DNA from: the human T2T-CHM13v2.0 reference genome, Homo sapiens
Strand: one strand, 5' to 3'
Assembly (NCBI RefSeq): GCF_009914755.1
Contig: NC_060937.1
DNA: 64,000 bases
Shown here: positions 13,131-28,197 of the stretch, piece after piece
How the letters are laid out: each line of letters begins with the position of its first letter
Position numbering within the stretch: position 1 is the first letter of the stretch
Notes under the pieces: generated by a model
Databases searched by the model: none
What the model was told of the DNA's origin: nothing
The model's input: the letters and a program-made list of their open reading frames with translations, nothing else
Program-made: the position numbers and the translations under genes

Positions 13131-13312
13131 GACGACGCCTAGGCCTGTGGCACGGTCGCGGCTCTAGTCCCCTGGGCCCCTCAGCTGTCTCTGGCGGGGA
13201 GGTCGGGCCGCAGGGGCGGGGAGGGGTGGCCTGCCCCAGTGGTACCTGACAGCATCCCACGTCACGGCCGCGATCCCCCTCGGCCTCCCACACCACTCCT
13301 CCACCCTCTTAC

Positions 13313-13500
13313 CTCCTCGCAGGCCGGAGCCTTGTCCGCTCCGCCTCCTGGGTAGCGGTTACTGCACGGTCAGGGGCCCGGCGCCGCGACGAGTTGGCGC
13401 CTCCCCCTGAAACGGCCCGGCCTCGGCGGGATGCGCTCGGGTGCCCGGCCGAGACGGAAACGAAGGGAGCGCAGACAAGAGGAGGGGGCTGGCGACGGCG
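13313..13500 (-). other. probable first exon of minus-strand transcript (5' end approximate)
   Basis: near-consensus donor GAG|GTAAGA inside the CpG island; alternative donor CAG|GTACCA at 13246. Confidence 0.65.
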
Positions 13501-14604
13501 TCTCGCCCCTCCTCTCCTCCCTAGGCTGCCCACCGCCGCCCCTCCCCTTTCTCGCAGACGCCCCCTCCCCTCGGAGTTGACCCCCGGGAGTCTCCCATTG
13601 GGGCCGCCTCCGCTTTTCCAGGGAGTTCCTCCGTGGGTCACCCCCACCTTCTCCAGGGTTATGTTCTCGCAAATTTTGGGAATTTGTGGATACCCGACCT
13701 AGAAGGATAAGGCGTGTATGATGCTGAGAGCAACCTTTTCCACAGCCCCTCTCCTCCAGCCTGCCCCAGCTTTTCTTCTATTGCTGGCCCCTCTATCTGG
13801 GGGCTCCGATCACTTCACGTTTTCACCCCATTGCTGTGGGGCGGAAGTCTTGTAGCCCCCTGTAGTACAAATGCTGAAATAATGAGGATGTGTGCTGGGG
13901 GGTTCAGGGGGATGACCTCAGTTACCTTGGGGCCAAGGGCTTCGAAAACAGCCACCTTCTCCCCTTATGATTATATTTTGCAGTAATTTATTATATTACA
14001 CTGCACTTCTGTTGGCCTTTGTAGATTTAAGTAAAATGCACCACAACTTTGCAGTGTGCAATAATTTCTTCCACTGCACTACACTTAAATTGACCTGAGT
14101 GGGTTTTGGTTAAATGCTCAACAATTAAATGTTATTAGCTATTCCTGTGAAGTAAGCTACTTGCTTTTATACTGGCTGTTTCATGAGGACACTGGTTCCT
14201 CTACAGTGTAGAGCCAAAAGTAGTAAAGCCAAAGAGAAAAACTAACATTCCAAACCACAGTGACCGTGTCAGTCTGTTTCGTCTGGCTTTTGTCATTTCT
14301 TCGGAAAAACATCATTCTAAAATGTATAACTGCCTTTCTGCTACATAGGGCAGACATTTATCTCTATTCTCTGAGCATAGCCCACTGAGCCTCAGAAGGA
14401 GGCACGCAAAATGGTACACAGGTATTTCTTGTAGAGCTCTAAATGGAAGAAAAAGTAAGTATACATTAACAGGAAGTTGCAGCGATAGTGCAGAGAGGCA
14501 TCGTGTGCCTGCCCCAAGTTTCTCCACTGGTTACATCTTATCAATGAAAGAAATTTATGAGTTAAACAGGTTTGCTCTCAGAAAAAGCTCACTTCAGTGA
14601 TGAT

Positions 14605-14765
14605 AGCTGGCATTTTTTTTTTAAGCACCTATTGTGTGCCAAGAGGTTTATCTTATTTGGAGCTCACAATAATCCTGTAAGGCAAGGATTATCCTTACTT
14701 TACAGATAAGGCAACTCAGGCCCCAAGAGATTAAGTTTCTTTCATCAGCAACCATGGCAAGATCT
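14605..14765 (-). mobile_element. MIR
   Basis: gcacctattgtgtgcca...ctcacaataatcctgtaagg...tttacagataaggcaactcagg. Confidence 0.75.
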
Positions 14766-15159
14766 GTTTGCCTTGCGCACTTGGTCTTTTACGCATTATG
14801 GACAGCTGAAGTTCATGCAGGCCTTACGGTGTGCTTCAGCTGAAGCCTGACAATTAGCTAACAATAAAAACATGTCTTAGTGTTTTGAAAACTGTGATAT
14901 TATCTCAGAAGTTAAAACTTTAAAATATACCTATAAAAGAATGTGTTTCACTAAAGATTTTAATTTTATATGGGTCCAACAGTTTTTCCCAGGGCGGTCA
15001 AAATTAAAAGTAAGAAGTAAAAATGTCTCCATCACATATAAGTTTCCTTCAACACTTTTGGATAATTTGGTCTACTAAACTTCACTGTATTGCTGAATTC
15101 AGTAGACTAAAAATTTAGACTCTGAGAGAGTATAGGTTAGTATTTCAGGAGTTAAAGTT

Positions 15160-16200
<1,041 letters not shown>

Positions 16201-16982
16201 CCACTTCTTATGTCCTAACAAGTTCATGACACTACTCTTGTGAAACTAGGAGCCCTTGTCCTTTTCCAGCCCACAATGGGGATCTAGCTGCAATAAAAGT
16301 CTTCCCTTTCTTCCCTTTTTAAACCCCCTAATTACTTCTGCTTTTGGGGTATCTTTAAGCCTCCTTTAGTTATCCAAAAGCAGAGGAATTCATCTTGCTT
16401 TTTTCTTTTCAGGTATCCAGGCACCAAGGCCCTAATCACAAGAAAAGGTGGATGGGGCCGTCTTTTGACTTTTTCTTGGAAATTCAGAAAGTCTAATTAC
16501 GCTTCAGGGAAGAGGAAAATGTTCTTTTTTTCCTCTTTGCGTCTCCAGAACAAAAATTTAGCACCAGTAAATTTCTACATCAGTCTGCTTGTTACAGATT
16601 GAATGCATGAATGAATGACTGCAAGCAGCCTGCACTTTGGTGCCCTAAGTGCCATTGATTAGGTGAATGACCTTGGGTAGCACCTTAGTTTTCTAGAACT
16701 TAAATTCCTTCAGACTCCATTAAATTGGTGCACTGCCCAGCTCTGTGTTTTGTAGAGGTATCAGTCACACTGCACCTTTACTGATGCATGCTATTACCAT
16801 GCTGTATAGAATTGTGCATGTCAGCATGGTATTATAATTGGTGTTAGAATATAAAAGTGATAAAGATGATAATAGGCACATATACACTTACTGTGGCAAT
16901 AGTGAAAGAATGACAAAATACCAAGAGGTGATCAGAGAAGGCTTTCCAAAACAGATTACTTTAGCATTAAGTTTTCAGTGTG

Positions 16983-17168
16983 GGCTGGGTGCCATGGCTC
17001 ATGCCTGTAATTCCAGCACTTTGGGAGGCGGAGATGGGCGGATCACTTGAGGTCAGGAGTTCTTGATCAGCGTGGCCAACATGGTGAAACCCCGTCTCTG
17101 CTAAAAATACAAAAATTAGCCAGGCATGGTGGTGGGTGCCTGTAATCCCAGCCACTTGGGAGGCTGAG
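16983..17168 (+). mobile_element. AluS, 3'-truncated, inside a reverse L2
   Basis: left arm, linker and start of right arm; ends at ggaggctgag with no tail. Confidence 0.9.
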
Positions 17169-17333
17169 TCAGTGTGAGTTAGCTAAGAGAACAAAGGTTA
17201 GGGATGGAAGTGTTAGGGAAGGGAAGTAGTCTAAGTAGAATAAGAAATATGATGTGTTTGAGAATTATAAATTGCTCAGTAAGGCTGAAACAAAGGCTAT
17301 ATGGAGGGAATAGGGCAATGGTAGGAAATTAAA

Positions 17334-18220
17334 GTAACCATTCATTCATGAATGGACACTAAGGATGATTCTTTATCTCAACAATTGTGAATAGTGCTGC
17401 AGTGAACATGGGAGCACAGATATCTCTTCAACATACTGATTCATTTTTGTTGGACATATACTCAGTAGTGAGATTGCTAAAAATAGTCCTATTTTTAATT
17501 TTTTGAGGACCTCTGTACTGGTTTTCGTAATGCCTGTACTAATTTACATTCCCATCAACAAAGGTTCCTTTTTCTCCACATCATTGCCAACACTTGTTAT
17601 TTTTCATCTTTTTTATAATAGCCATCTTTACAGGTGTGGGGTGATATCTCATCGTGGTTTTAACTTGCATTTCCCTGATGATTAATGATGTTGAACTTTT
17701 TTTCATCTACTTGGCCATTTGTAGCTCTTCTTTGATAAATGTTTATTCAGGTCCTCTGCCCATTTTTAAATTGGGTTGTTTTATTGCTACTGAATTGTTT
17801 GAATTCCTTATATATTTTGGATATTAACGCCCTAACAGATGCATGGTTTGCATATATTTTCTCCAACTTGCTAGCTTTTCTCTTCACTCTGTTGATTGTT
17901 TTCTTTGCTGTACAGAAGATTTACAGTTTGATGTAATTCTGTTTGTCTATTTTTGCTTTAGTTGCCTGTGCTTTTGGGGTCATCTTCAAAAAAATCATTG
18001 CCCAGACCAATGTCATGGAGTTTTCCCCTACGTTATAGTAGTTTTATAGTTTCAGGTCTTAAGTTTTAAGTCTTTAATCCATTTTTAGTTGATTTTTGTA
18101 TTTGGTGTGAGAAAAAGGTTTCATTTCATTCTTCTGCATATGGCTATCCAATTTTCTTACACCATTTTTTTGAAGAGACTGTTCTTTTCCCATTGTGTTC
18201 ACAGCCTTGTCAAAAATCAA
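17334..18220 (-). mobile_element. L1MA ORF2 3' portion (inverted segment)
   Basis: attgtgaatagtgctgc, tccacatcattgccaacacttg, gtgatatctcat, cccagaccaatgtcatggag. Confidence 0.88.
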
Positions 18221-18680
18221 TCAGCCTTAAAAAAAAAAAAGACAATTCTGTCATTTGTGACAACATGGATGAACATGGAGGTCATTAAGTAAAATATCAC
18301 ATGATCTCATTCATATGTGGAACCTTAAAAAGTTGAACTCCTAGAAGTTAAGAGCAGAATGGTGGTTACTAGGGGCTGGGGCTGGGAAGGATCAAGGAGA
18401 TATTGGTCAAAGAATAAAAAAATTCAGTTAGGTAGGAAGAATAAGTTCAAGATACCTATAGTACAATAGGGTGATTGTAGTTAATAACAATGTTTTGTAT
18501 ATTTACAAATTGCCAAGAAAGCAGATGTTAAATGTGCTCAGCAGGCACACACAATGATAAGTATATGAGGTAATGCATATATTACTTAGCTTGATTCAGC
18601 CATTTCATAATGTATCCATATACGACAAGATCATGTTATACACCGTAAATATAAAGAATTTTGTTAATTAAAAAATAAAT
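18221..18680 (+). mobile_element. L1MA (MA6-MA9-like) 3' UTR and tail
   Basis: tcagccttaaaa...caacatggatgaac...aaagttgaactc...gataagtatatgaggtaatgcatat. Confidence 0.88.
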
Positions 18681-18712
18681 CTGTAAAAATTAATTGTTTA
18701 AAATAGCAATAA

Positions 18713-19688
<976 letters not shown>

Positions 19689-19719
19689 TTACAGTTACTG
19701 GCAACTTAAGTCATTTTTG

Positions 19720-19850
19720 CCCCATCCTACAGGTGAGATAGTGGAGACCTAGGTAACTTGCCTAAGGTCACATAAGTAGTAAGAGGTGGAACTAGGACTC
19801 AAATCCATCTTTGATTCCCATCTGGAGCTCTTTCCACTGGACCATGAGGC
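19720..19850 (-). mobile_element. MIR
   Basis: taacttgcctaaggtcaca...ggactcaaatcca. Confidence 0.75.
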
Positions 19851-20173
19851 CTCTTTCCAAATGAGATGTAAAGGTAAATGGGCCAAATAATAGAAGGCCT
19901 TGGCAATGTAACAGCAAGATGTATCATAGGATCTAACAAAATATTTTAAGCAGGAGGACAACATGATGGCTCACCATCATGCCAGTGGGGAGAAGGGTGA
20001 GCCTGGAGCCAGGGAAACCACTTGAAGACACTATTGCATCAACCCTGGCAGGACACCAGCTGTCCTTGAATTCAGTGTTAACAGTGGCATGGGCTTAAAG
20101 AGAGAGGAGAACATGGATTTGAGAAAATTTTAGAAGTTGAAATTAGCAAGACTGGATATAAAGAGTAGAAAAT

Positions 20174-20286
20174 GGCCAGGTGTGGTGGCTCACACTTGTA
20201 ATCCCAGCACTTTGTGGGGCTGAGACAGGAGGATGGCTTGAGGCCAGGATTTCAAGACCAGGCTGGGCAACACAGTGAGATCCTGT

Positions 20287-20342
<56 letters not shown>

Positions 20343-20520
20343 GAACTTAGTGGGATGTGGTGGCTCATTTCTGCAGTCTCAGCTACTAGAGAGGCTGAGG
20401 TGGGAGGATCACTTGAGCCCCAGGAGTTCAAGGCCACAAAGCCTTAATTGTGCCACTGTATTCCAGCCAGGGTGATAGAGTTTTCCAGACCCCACAACTC
20501 AAAAAAAAAAAAAAAAAAAA
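20174..20520 (+). mobile_element. AluJ with (AC)25 in place of the linker
   Basis: Alu dimer with TSD aagagtaga. Confidence 0.92.
20291..20340. repeat. (AC)25 microsatellite
   Basis: perfect dinucleotide run. Confidence 0.97.
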
Positions 20521-20699
20521 AGAGTAGATGTGCAACACTTGCAGGGAATAAAAAAAAATAAAATAATGTGAACTTAGTAAGTCACTTAATATTCTAGGGG
20601 CCTCAAAAATCTTTACCTTTAAAAATGGAGGATTAGACTTAGTGTTTCCTTAATATTTTAAGATTTTTGCAAAGCCAACTGATAACAAAATGTGATAAA

Positions 20700-20990
20700 G
20701 ATGGCACGTTGTTTGCATATTAAGTAGGAAAAATATACTAAATAAAATGTAACAAATAGAAACTAGCAATACTTTTAAAAATATATTGTACAATTACCAA
20801 GATTGGGTTCCTTTCAGTGATGTAAATATGATTCAGTGTTAAGAAATTGATTAATATATTCTTCCATAATAATAGGTCAAAGGAATAGAAATGTTTTAAT
20901 TCATGATGAGAAAAATGTTTGATAAAATTTAATAGTCTGTAATCATTTTTGATCAAAGAAATCTTTAGTAAGTGGCTACATACGATGAAA
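20700..20990 (+). mobile_element. ancient L1M ORF2 fragment
   Basis: degenerate ccaag..gggttc, aaaatgtttgataaaatt motifs. Confidence 0.55.
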
Positions 20991-21011
20991 GCTAGGTTCA
21001 TGCTTAATAGT

Positions 21012-21231
21012 TGTAAATCAAAAATAAAATTCTAAGCCCCTCAACCATCTGAACGGACCCCTCCTCTTGGCCACGTGCACTCCAAGTTAACCTGAAAACC
21101 TAGTTCAGGCCATGATGGGAAGGAGGGGTCAGACGTGCCTCATTATACCCTCCTCCCTTTTGGAATTCAGGAAAAGCCAGCCAGCATTAACATTAACTCA
21201 GACCTTCAATCTGATAAGAAACATTTATAAT
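21012..21231 (+). mobile_element. MER4-family LTR 5' part
   Basis: TGTAAATCAAAAATAAAATTCTAAGCCCC start. Confidence 0.85.
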
Positions 21232-21764
21232 TGTTAAATCAAGTTTAGCTTAAAGCTGCCTCCTTACATATTTTAAGTTTGGCCTAAAGGTTTTTCTGTA
21301 CATCATAAATTATAACAAGTAGAGGTGTACATGGAACACTATGCAGCCATAAAAAAGGATGAGTTCATGTCCTTTACAGGGACATGGATGAAACTGGAAA
21401 CCATCATTCTCAGCAAAGTAACACAAGAAAAGAAAACCAAACACCTCATGTTCTCACTCATAAGTGGAAGCTGAACAACGAGAACACATGGACACAGGGA
21501 GGGGAACATCACACACTGGGGCCTGTTTGGGGGTGGGGGTCTGGGAGAGGGATAGCATTAGGAGAACTACCTAATGTAAATGACGAGTTTATGGGTGCAG
21601 AAAACCAATGTGGCACATGTATACCTATGTAACAAACCTGCATGTTGTGCACATGTACCCCAAAACTTAAAGTATAATAATAAAAAATAAATTAAAAAAA
21701 GAAAAAAAAACAAGTAGAGGTGTAAACAAACTGTAGCCTACAATTGTGCCAATCACTGAGTTTT
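21232..21764 (+). mobile_element. MER57-family LTR 5' part, split by L1PA
   Basis: TGTTAAATCAAGTTTAGC..AAAGCTGCCTCCTTACATATTTTAAG start; resumes after 21710. Confidence 0.8.
21330..21708 (+). mobile_element. 5'-truncated L1PA (PA6-PA8-like)
   Basis: L1PA 3' UTR, poly-A, perfect 16-bp TSD aacaagtagaggtgta (21314-21329 and 21709-21724). Confidence 0.95.
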
Positions 21765-21769
21765 CCAAA

Positions 21770-22245
21770 ATCTGATTTCCTTGAATGTACCCTTCATATT
21801 TCCCTCAAATTGGTGTGATTGGATCTAGAGTCTCGGTTAGATTGAGGTTCTATATTTTTGGCAAGATGACTTCCTAGATGGTATTGTGTCCTTCCACCAG
21901 GAGGCATTTAATGTTGGGTTGTTTCTTTCTGTGATATTGGTAGTTGTTAGTGCTCAATACCTAGATCCATTAACTCAACAGATACTGGAAATGGTGATAT
22001 CCTAACCCTATCATTTCATCTTCATTTATTAGCTGACATGCTTTTATAAAGGGAAACTTTCTTCCTCAATGATTTGATTTCCCAATGACATAGGAAAAGC
22101 ATGATAAGCATTTGATTCTGTCTCTTAATTTGCCAGTTTTTATAATAATTTTATAATAATGGGTTGGTCATTAGCAGTCTGCAATGGCCACTAATTGAGT
22201 TTCTTTGTTGGTATTGTCGTGAATTCATGAATTTAAGCTTATTTT
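21770..22245 (-). mobile_element. L1MC4-like 3' region
   Basis: ggatctagag, ttttggcaag, caggaggca, cctagatccattaa, ataggaaaagc motifs. Confidence 0.7.
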
Positions 22246-22379
22246 ATTGCCCACAGGACTCTGGTTTTTGTGATGATCACAGAGGAGCAAGCCTGGCTTG
22301 TCCGAGACAGTCATATCAATTCATTCTCACTTGATAGTGTCTGGGGTGGCCATGTGACTGGTCCTAGCCATAGACATTT

Positions 22380-23360
22380 TGATGGGGATGGGAACAGAGA
22401 AATTCTAGGCGAAGAAGGGCAGGTCCCTGGTGAAGCCCCATCTCAAGCTGAAAAGCCTGAGACTGCGGCCCAAAGTTAGAACTTACACCGCTGTTTCCCT
22501 GCTCGAATCTTGCCTTTTCCAAAGCACCCATGGCCCCACCCTGCCCCCCATCCTGTGCCTATAAAAACATCAGCCTCAGCTGGCAGAGAGAGGAGAAGCA
22601 GCTGAATGTCAGGGACTATAGCTGGACATCAGAGAGAAGCAGCCTGACTTCAGAAGGACAGCTTGGTGGCGTAACTTTGGAGAAGAATCTGGCTGGAGAC
22701 TGCCAGACTTCAGGGGAAGATTACCTTCCCATCTTGTCCCCTTTTCAGCTGCCTCTCTTGGTGATTATCACTTTCATTGGCAATAAAATCCATGCATTTA
22801 CCATCCTTCAATTCATTCATGAGACCTCATTTCTCCTGGATGCTGGGCAAGAGCTCGGGAGCCATGAGTGAGGATACAAAAAAGCTGTCACACTTGCCCT
22901 TTGCCCTCTCTGGCAGAAGGCAGCCGCCTCATATGAAAAGGCAGAGGGCCTGCTGAGCTGTTAGCACTCAAGTTGTCTGTGTACAGCAGGCAAAGCTAAA
23001 AGGGCACTGTAGCACTCCCTCTGGGGTTTCAGGGGTTGCAGGCACACCCCCCTGCAAATGCTGCCGCAGGGCCTGCACAGAGTTCACTCCTGCCAGTACC
23101 CAAAAGCACTCGCCCTGGCTCCTGCACCTGCTCACCTATGTGCTCCCTCCCGTGAGGAGTGGAGCACAGCAGATCCAAGTGAGTGGAGTTCACTCCTGCT
23201 GGCACTGAAGCAGCTGGCTAGTTCCAGCACCCGTGCACTCCAGTTCCTGCCTCATTTGCTCACGGGCTCCCTCCCTCAAGGAATTGAGAGCTGCGGGCTC
23301 AGTAAACAAGACAGCTCCTTTGTGAGTCCCACGAAGGGGTCAGGGAAATATCGTGCTTCA
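22380..23360 (+). mobile_element. ERV1 solo LTR of the LTR1/LTR27/LTR28 group (LTR28-like), inserted in an MLT1 remnant
   Basis: TG...CA termini, 4-bp TSD ATTT, TATAAAA 22560-22566, AATAAA 22782-22787. Confidence 0.85.
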
Positions 23361-26300
23361 ATTTCATACAAGGAAGTCCACTAGGAGGCTTCTGAAAAAA
23401 CACGCCCACCCACCCACTCGGCTGCCCCCTCCTTCCCTTCCTGCTTTTTTTAGGTTGTCACATGAGGACTTGTTTGGAGAGGTGCTGCTGAAGCTTGGAA
23501 CATCTCAATGGATACATGTGACACAAATGCACAATTGTGAACACTAATACTGCAGATCCAGACTTTTTGACAGGGAAAGCTGTCCAGGATGTGTTGCTGA
23601 TATAAATACAAGTCATAAAAACTATATATGTAAAATTGAACACAAGTGTGTCTATTTACACTGAGACCTGCTTGGAAATACTTAAATATTGAGTGGTCAT
23701 TTCTGAGAGTTGACATATTGACTAATTTATTTCTCTCTTGTATTTTTATATTGTTTAAGGTTTAAATTTTTATGTGAATAATAATCTTTTTTAAAAGTAT
23801 GATTCCTATTTATCTCATGTTACTTATAATGGGGTTTTTTTTCTAAATATATAAGATCTCATAACTGGCATTACATGATTTTCTCCATGGCATGATCATC
23901 AACAGGAAATGTTTTAATTCTAGAATAACATTTACTGATAAACATTTTTGGAAATATTTAAGCATTTCCTGATCTGAAAATTTTTGTGATTTTTTTCTTT
24001 GTATAGTTTATTGTTATACTTAATAATGCTTTCCAGCCCAGTGGAGCACAGTCATCTTGTCAGAGAAAAAACACTTTCAGAAAAACATGAGTTTTATAGA
24101 CATTTTCTACTCACTAGAAAAATGAAATTAGTACATTTTTCACTTAGTGGTAAAAATGATAAGCAGTCTCCCTTTAGCCTACCTTTAAGAAATTTCAATT
24201 TCTTGGGTCCATTTAATTCTCCTAAGACACTGCATATTCTTAAAACAGAAAGGATATTTTTAAAAAATTTCTAGGCTTCCGGAGAAAAATTGAAAAAGGG
24301 TCTTCTTTCTTTTGTTAATGACCTTTTAAATGGCTGGTCCTGCACAGGGAGTTAAGGCCAGGCTATCACAGTAGACAAAGGAAATAGGCTCAGTGCTGCA
24401 TGCTCCACATTATGAAAGTTGTGACAAATTCAACGTAAGCTATAAGCTTACTCTCTGGATCTCATAAAGTAAAGTCAGAAATGCCAGAAAGAAACGTGTG
24501 GAGCCGACGCTGAAGATGAATCTAGAAAGGCAGTTCCTCAAGGGCATTGATAAATATTAAACAAAGAGCAGATATGGTCTGGAGGATGACATGAGGGGGA
24601 CAGGTTGGATGTAGGGAAACAAATAGACGTGGTTGAAGGAATCCAGAGGAATTTGAGCAGTGGTTTTGAGATGGAGAGGAGAAGAGAAAGCAAGAATTAG
24701 GCAAATACTTACATTGTATAGTCTCTTTGGTCATTTCTCGCTTGTTTTCTCTTAGCATCATTGGAGTCTTCAGAAGGGTTAAACTGAAAACAAGATTTTT
24801 CTGTCCATCCTTGGGTCAGAGCTCTAAAGGAGGAACAGTTGGCTCCTGGAAGCCAGCATGGAACTCGTAAAACTAAGCCAAGACATCTGCAGATTTGTGT
24901 TTTGGTTGGACAAATCCACATCTTCACTTGATGACTGACAGTAGGAATCACCTCCCCATACATACAGATAAAGATGTGATCCTGACCCCAGTTCAAAAAC
25001 AGTAGGCCATCAATCCCAGGGCCATATTGGAGCCTTGATATCCAATCTCTGTTCTCCTTTTAGGGTATTCAGTGGGGTGGTGTTCCTCACACCCTCAGCT
25101 TGGAGTGTTCTTATAACTTCTGGAATGGGCCTGATCATTTGCAGCCTTCCTACAAAACTGGCTCTTCACTCAAATTTCACTTTAGGGAACAGACTGCTCT
25201 GAAATCTAGTTAGAGGTCAGATGAGGCCTTCCTAAGTTTTCTCTGGAACAGCAGGAACTCAAACCTGATCCTGCCATTCCAGTCTGAGCCAACTTGGGTC
25301 TGGAGATACTGTAGCAAATCTGCAACCTGGAAGGAAGGATGGGGCTGTCTCCCCACCAAGATGTTCAAAATCCGGAATCTCACATCAGCTTCGGCTCAAG
25401 AATGCCATCCCAGCTGTGAAATCACAATGCATGGGTCAGTGAGAAAGTTTAAGAGCCTCACCTAGAAGAAACGGTATTGAGTCTGTATTATTTAGAACCA
25501 GTGTCCGTTTAATCCTCTCTCCTGAGATTCCTATCTGGTGTGCTAGTTCCTAGCTAGAGTCTGGGGCCTGAGACACAAGTCGCTAGAGAAACCTTGGAAA
25601 CCAATATATCGTCTCATTTTGCAAGACCTGGTATAATGTTTCTAAAGCTCAATAGTATAGTCTAAACTGATGGTCTCATATACATGACAGTGGAATAAGA
25701 AACAACATGAACATTTTAATTTTTTCTGTACTTTGAGATAATTACCCTTGTGATGGGTTTGAGGTAAACTCAGCTTCAGGGTTTCCAAAATTAAAATTAA
25801 GAGAGAGGTCTATAGAAAATTTCTGGCCCTATCCCCTGGAGTTATGCAGCCTGGGGTATGGCCCGTGGGACTGAAACCCTGTCCCAACATCACCACCAAA
25901 ATGGCTGTTGATTCTGTTCCCAGGGGACTTCTCAAGTAATTTATAGAAGGAGAAATGAAGCTTAAGACAGGCAAATTTGGAGGCGATTATCAGTCAATGG
26001 TTTACAACAGGGCTGCCAAGTAGGCAGGACCCACACTATTGAGAAACCGGGAAGATGCAATGCAATGCTCCAGGCTCTGTGGCTATGCCCCATGCTCTCT
26101 TCTATTTACTTTTCACCTCAGTTCACTTCTATTTCTGATCTCTTTCCACAAGATTGACAGGGCTTTCTTTTGGACTTCTCTTTGATTAGGATTTAGCTTT
26201 TCCTTGGCTCACTCGGGGTTTCAACATCCTGGAATGCTTTCCCAGCACATCTGTGTATCTCAACATTTTCCATAGCACTCTGTCTTTCCTGATCACCTAT

Positions 26301-26864
26301 GACCCAGCACTGCCACTTCATTCATGGGAATGTCCAGGCCCTCATTTAACCAGTCTTCCTAGTTCCCTGTTCCCTTTCCTACCCCATAGGACCACTTGAA
26401 CCAGCTCATGGATCAGATACGTCTTCCACATCTTCCAAAAAGCTCAGAGGATTTTCTACCCCAAAGAGATAATCCTCAGGGAACCTGCTGGTCCCCTCCC
26501 TTTTTCTTTCAGTGTTTGAGACTTGAAGAGGATTATTCTGATGCTTTCTAGGCTCATCAGAGGATACAGGCCTATGGATCACTATGAAAGCATCCACTGT
26601 GAAACGGAAAATTGTGTTTTGAAGATAATGCTAGAAAGCTGACACCGCTAAGTCATACAATTCTCGTCTGTTCACAGAATATGATCAAAACTATTTTTTA
26701 GAACAAAGTTGATGTTTTTAGCATTGTCCCTGAAACTCCTGTCTCAGTGTAACTCCTTTACCCTGAACTGATTTGGCTTTAGAATATAAATTAGTGGTAA
26801 GACATGTATATGGCAAATGATTTGAAATGCAGAACCATGGCAACAAGAGCTTCTGTTAGAGAGA

Positions 26865-27125
26865 AAAGGAACTAACACTTATTGAGTGCTGTGTACTAGG
26901 TACCATGTGCCATTAATCATAGTGATAATGACAATATTGGAGCATGCATATTATGTTTAGGCATTGCTCTAAGTCCTTACATATGACCTATTTTAAGCCT
27001 CACAATAACTCCATGAGATGAGCACTGTGTCACTGTCCTCATTTTAGAAAAGAGAGGCTTAAAGAGGCTGAGTAACTTGTTTAAGATGAACTGAGTACCA
27101 AGCCCAGGTCTGTCTGAATCCAGCA
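26865..27125 (-). mobile_element. MIR
   Basis: ttaagcctcacaataactccatgag...cattttaga...agtaacttg...cccaggtctgtctga. Confidence 0.78.
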
Positions 27126-27523
27126 TCTTCTTACAGCATATTTTAAAAATGGATGAAACTTCCTACGGATTTAAAACTTTAAAGTTTTAGAAAATGAAGA
27201 GCTGAGTCACATGGCATAACTTGGACCTGATATAGTTAAATAATGATGAGATAAATGAGTTTTGACTGAGATTATCCATATTATCTCAATTTACTACATT
27301 TAGGCTATGAACACAGATTTCAATGGAACTCAAGTGACCATTTCATGAGAATGTATACATTGCGTCCTTTCATTTCATCTGTGTTTGTTGCTACAATATC
27401 AGAAGGCTTACATGGTTAATTCTATCTTAATATATAACTAGTCTTAATCATATACAGAAAATTTCTATTTAAATCTAGTAGGTAAAATATGTATACAACC
27501 TCTTATTTAAAAAATTAAGGCCA

Positions 27524-27820
<297 letters not shown>

Positions 27821-27824
27821 TTAA

Positions 27825-28197
<373 letters not shown>

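Larger units (their letters stand above)
12580..13700. promoter_or_regulatory. CpG-island promoter, TATA-less housekeeping type
   Basis: the only GC- and CpG-dense non-repeat segment in the window; three NRF1 sites, GC box GGGGCGGGG near 13215, ETS core CCGGAA 13086-13091, G-runs. Confidence 0.93.

Noticed and set aside
12692-13702. Arg/Gly/Pro-rich ORFs in the CpG island
   Set aside because: Expected stop-codon depletion at high GC; open on both strands
14803-14846. 14-bp palindrome GCTTCAGCTGAAGC with an upstream cagctgaag copy
   Set aside because: Short, of a size that can occur by chance in 64 kb, and no supporting context
16395-16420. Strong + strand acceptor (ttttttcttttcag|G) suggesting a divergent spliced lncRNA
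   Set aside because: No convincing paired donor or further exons; T-rich acceptor-like sites are common
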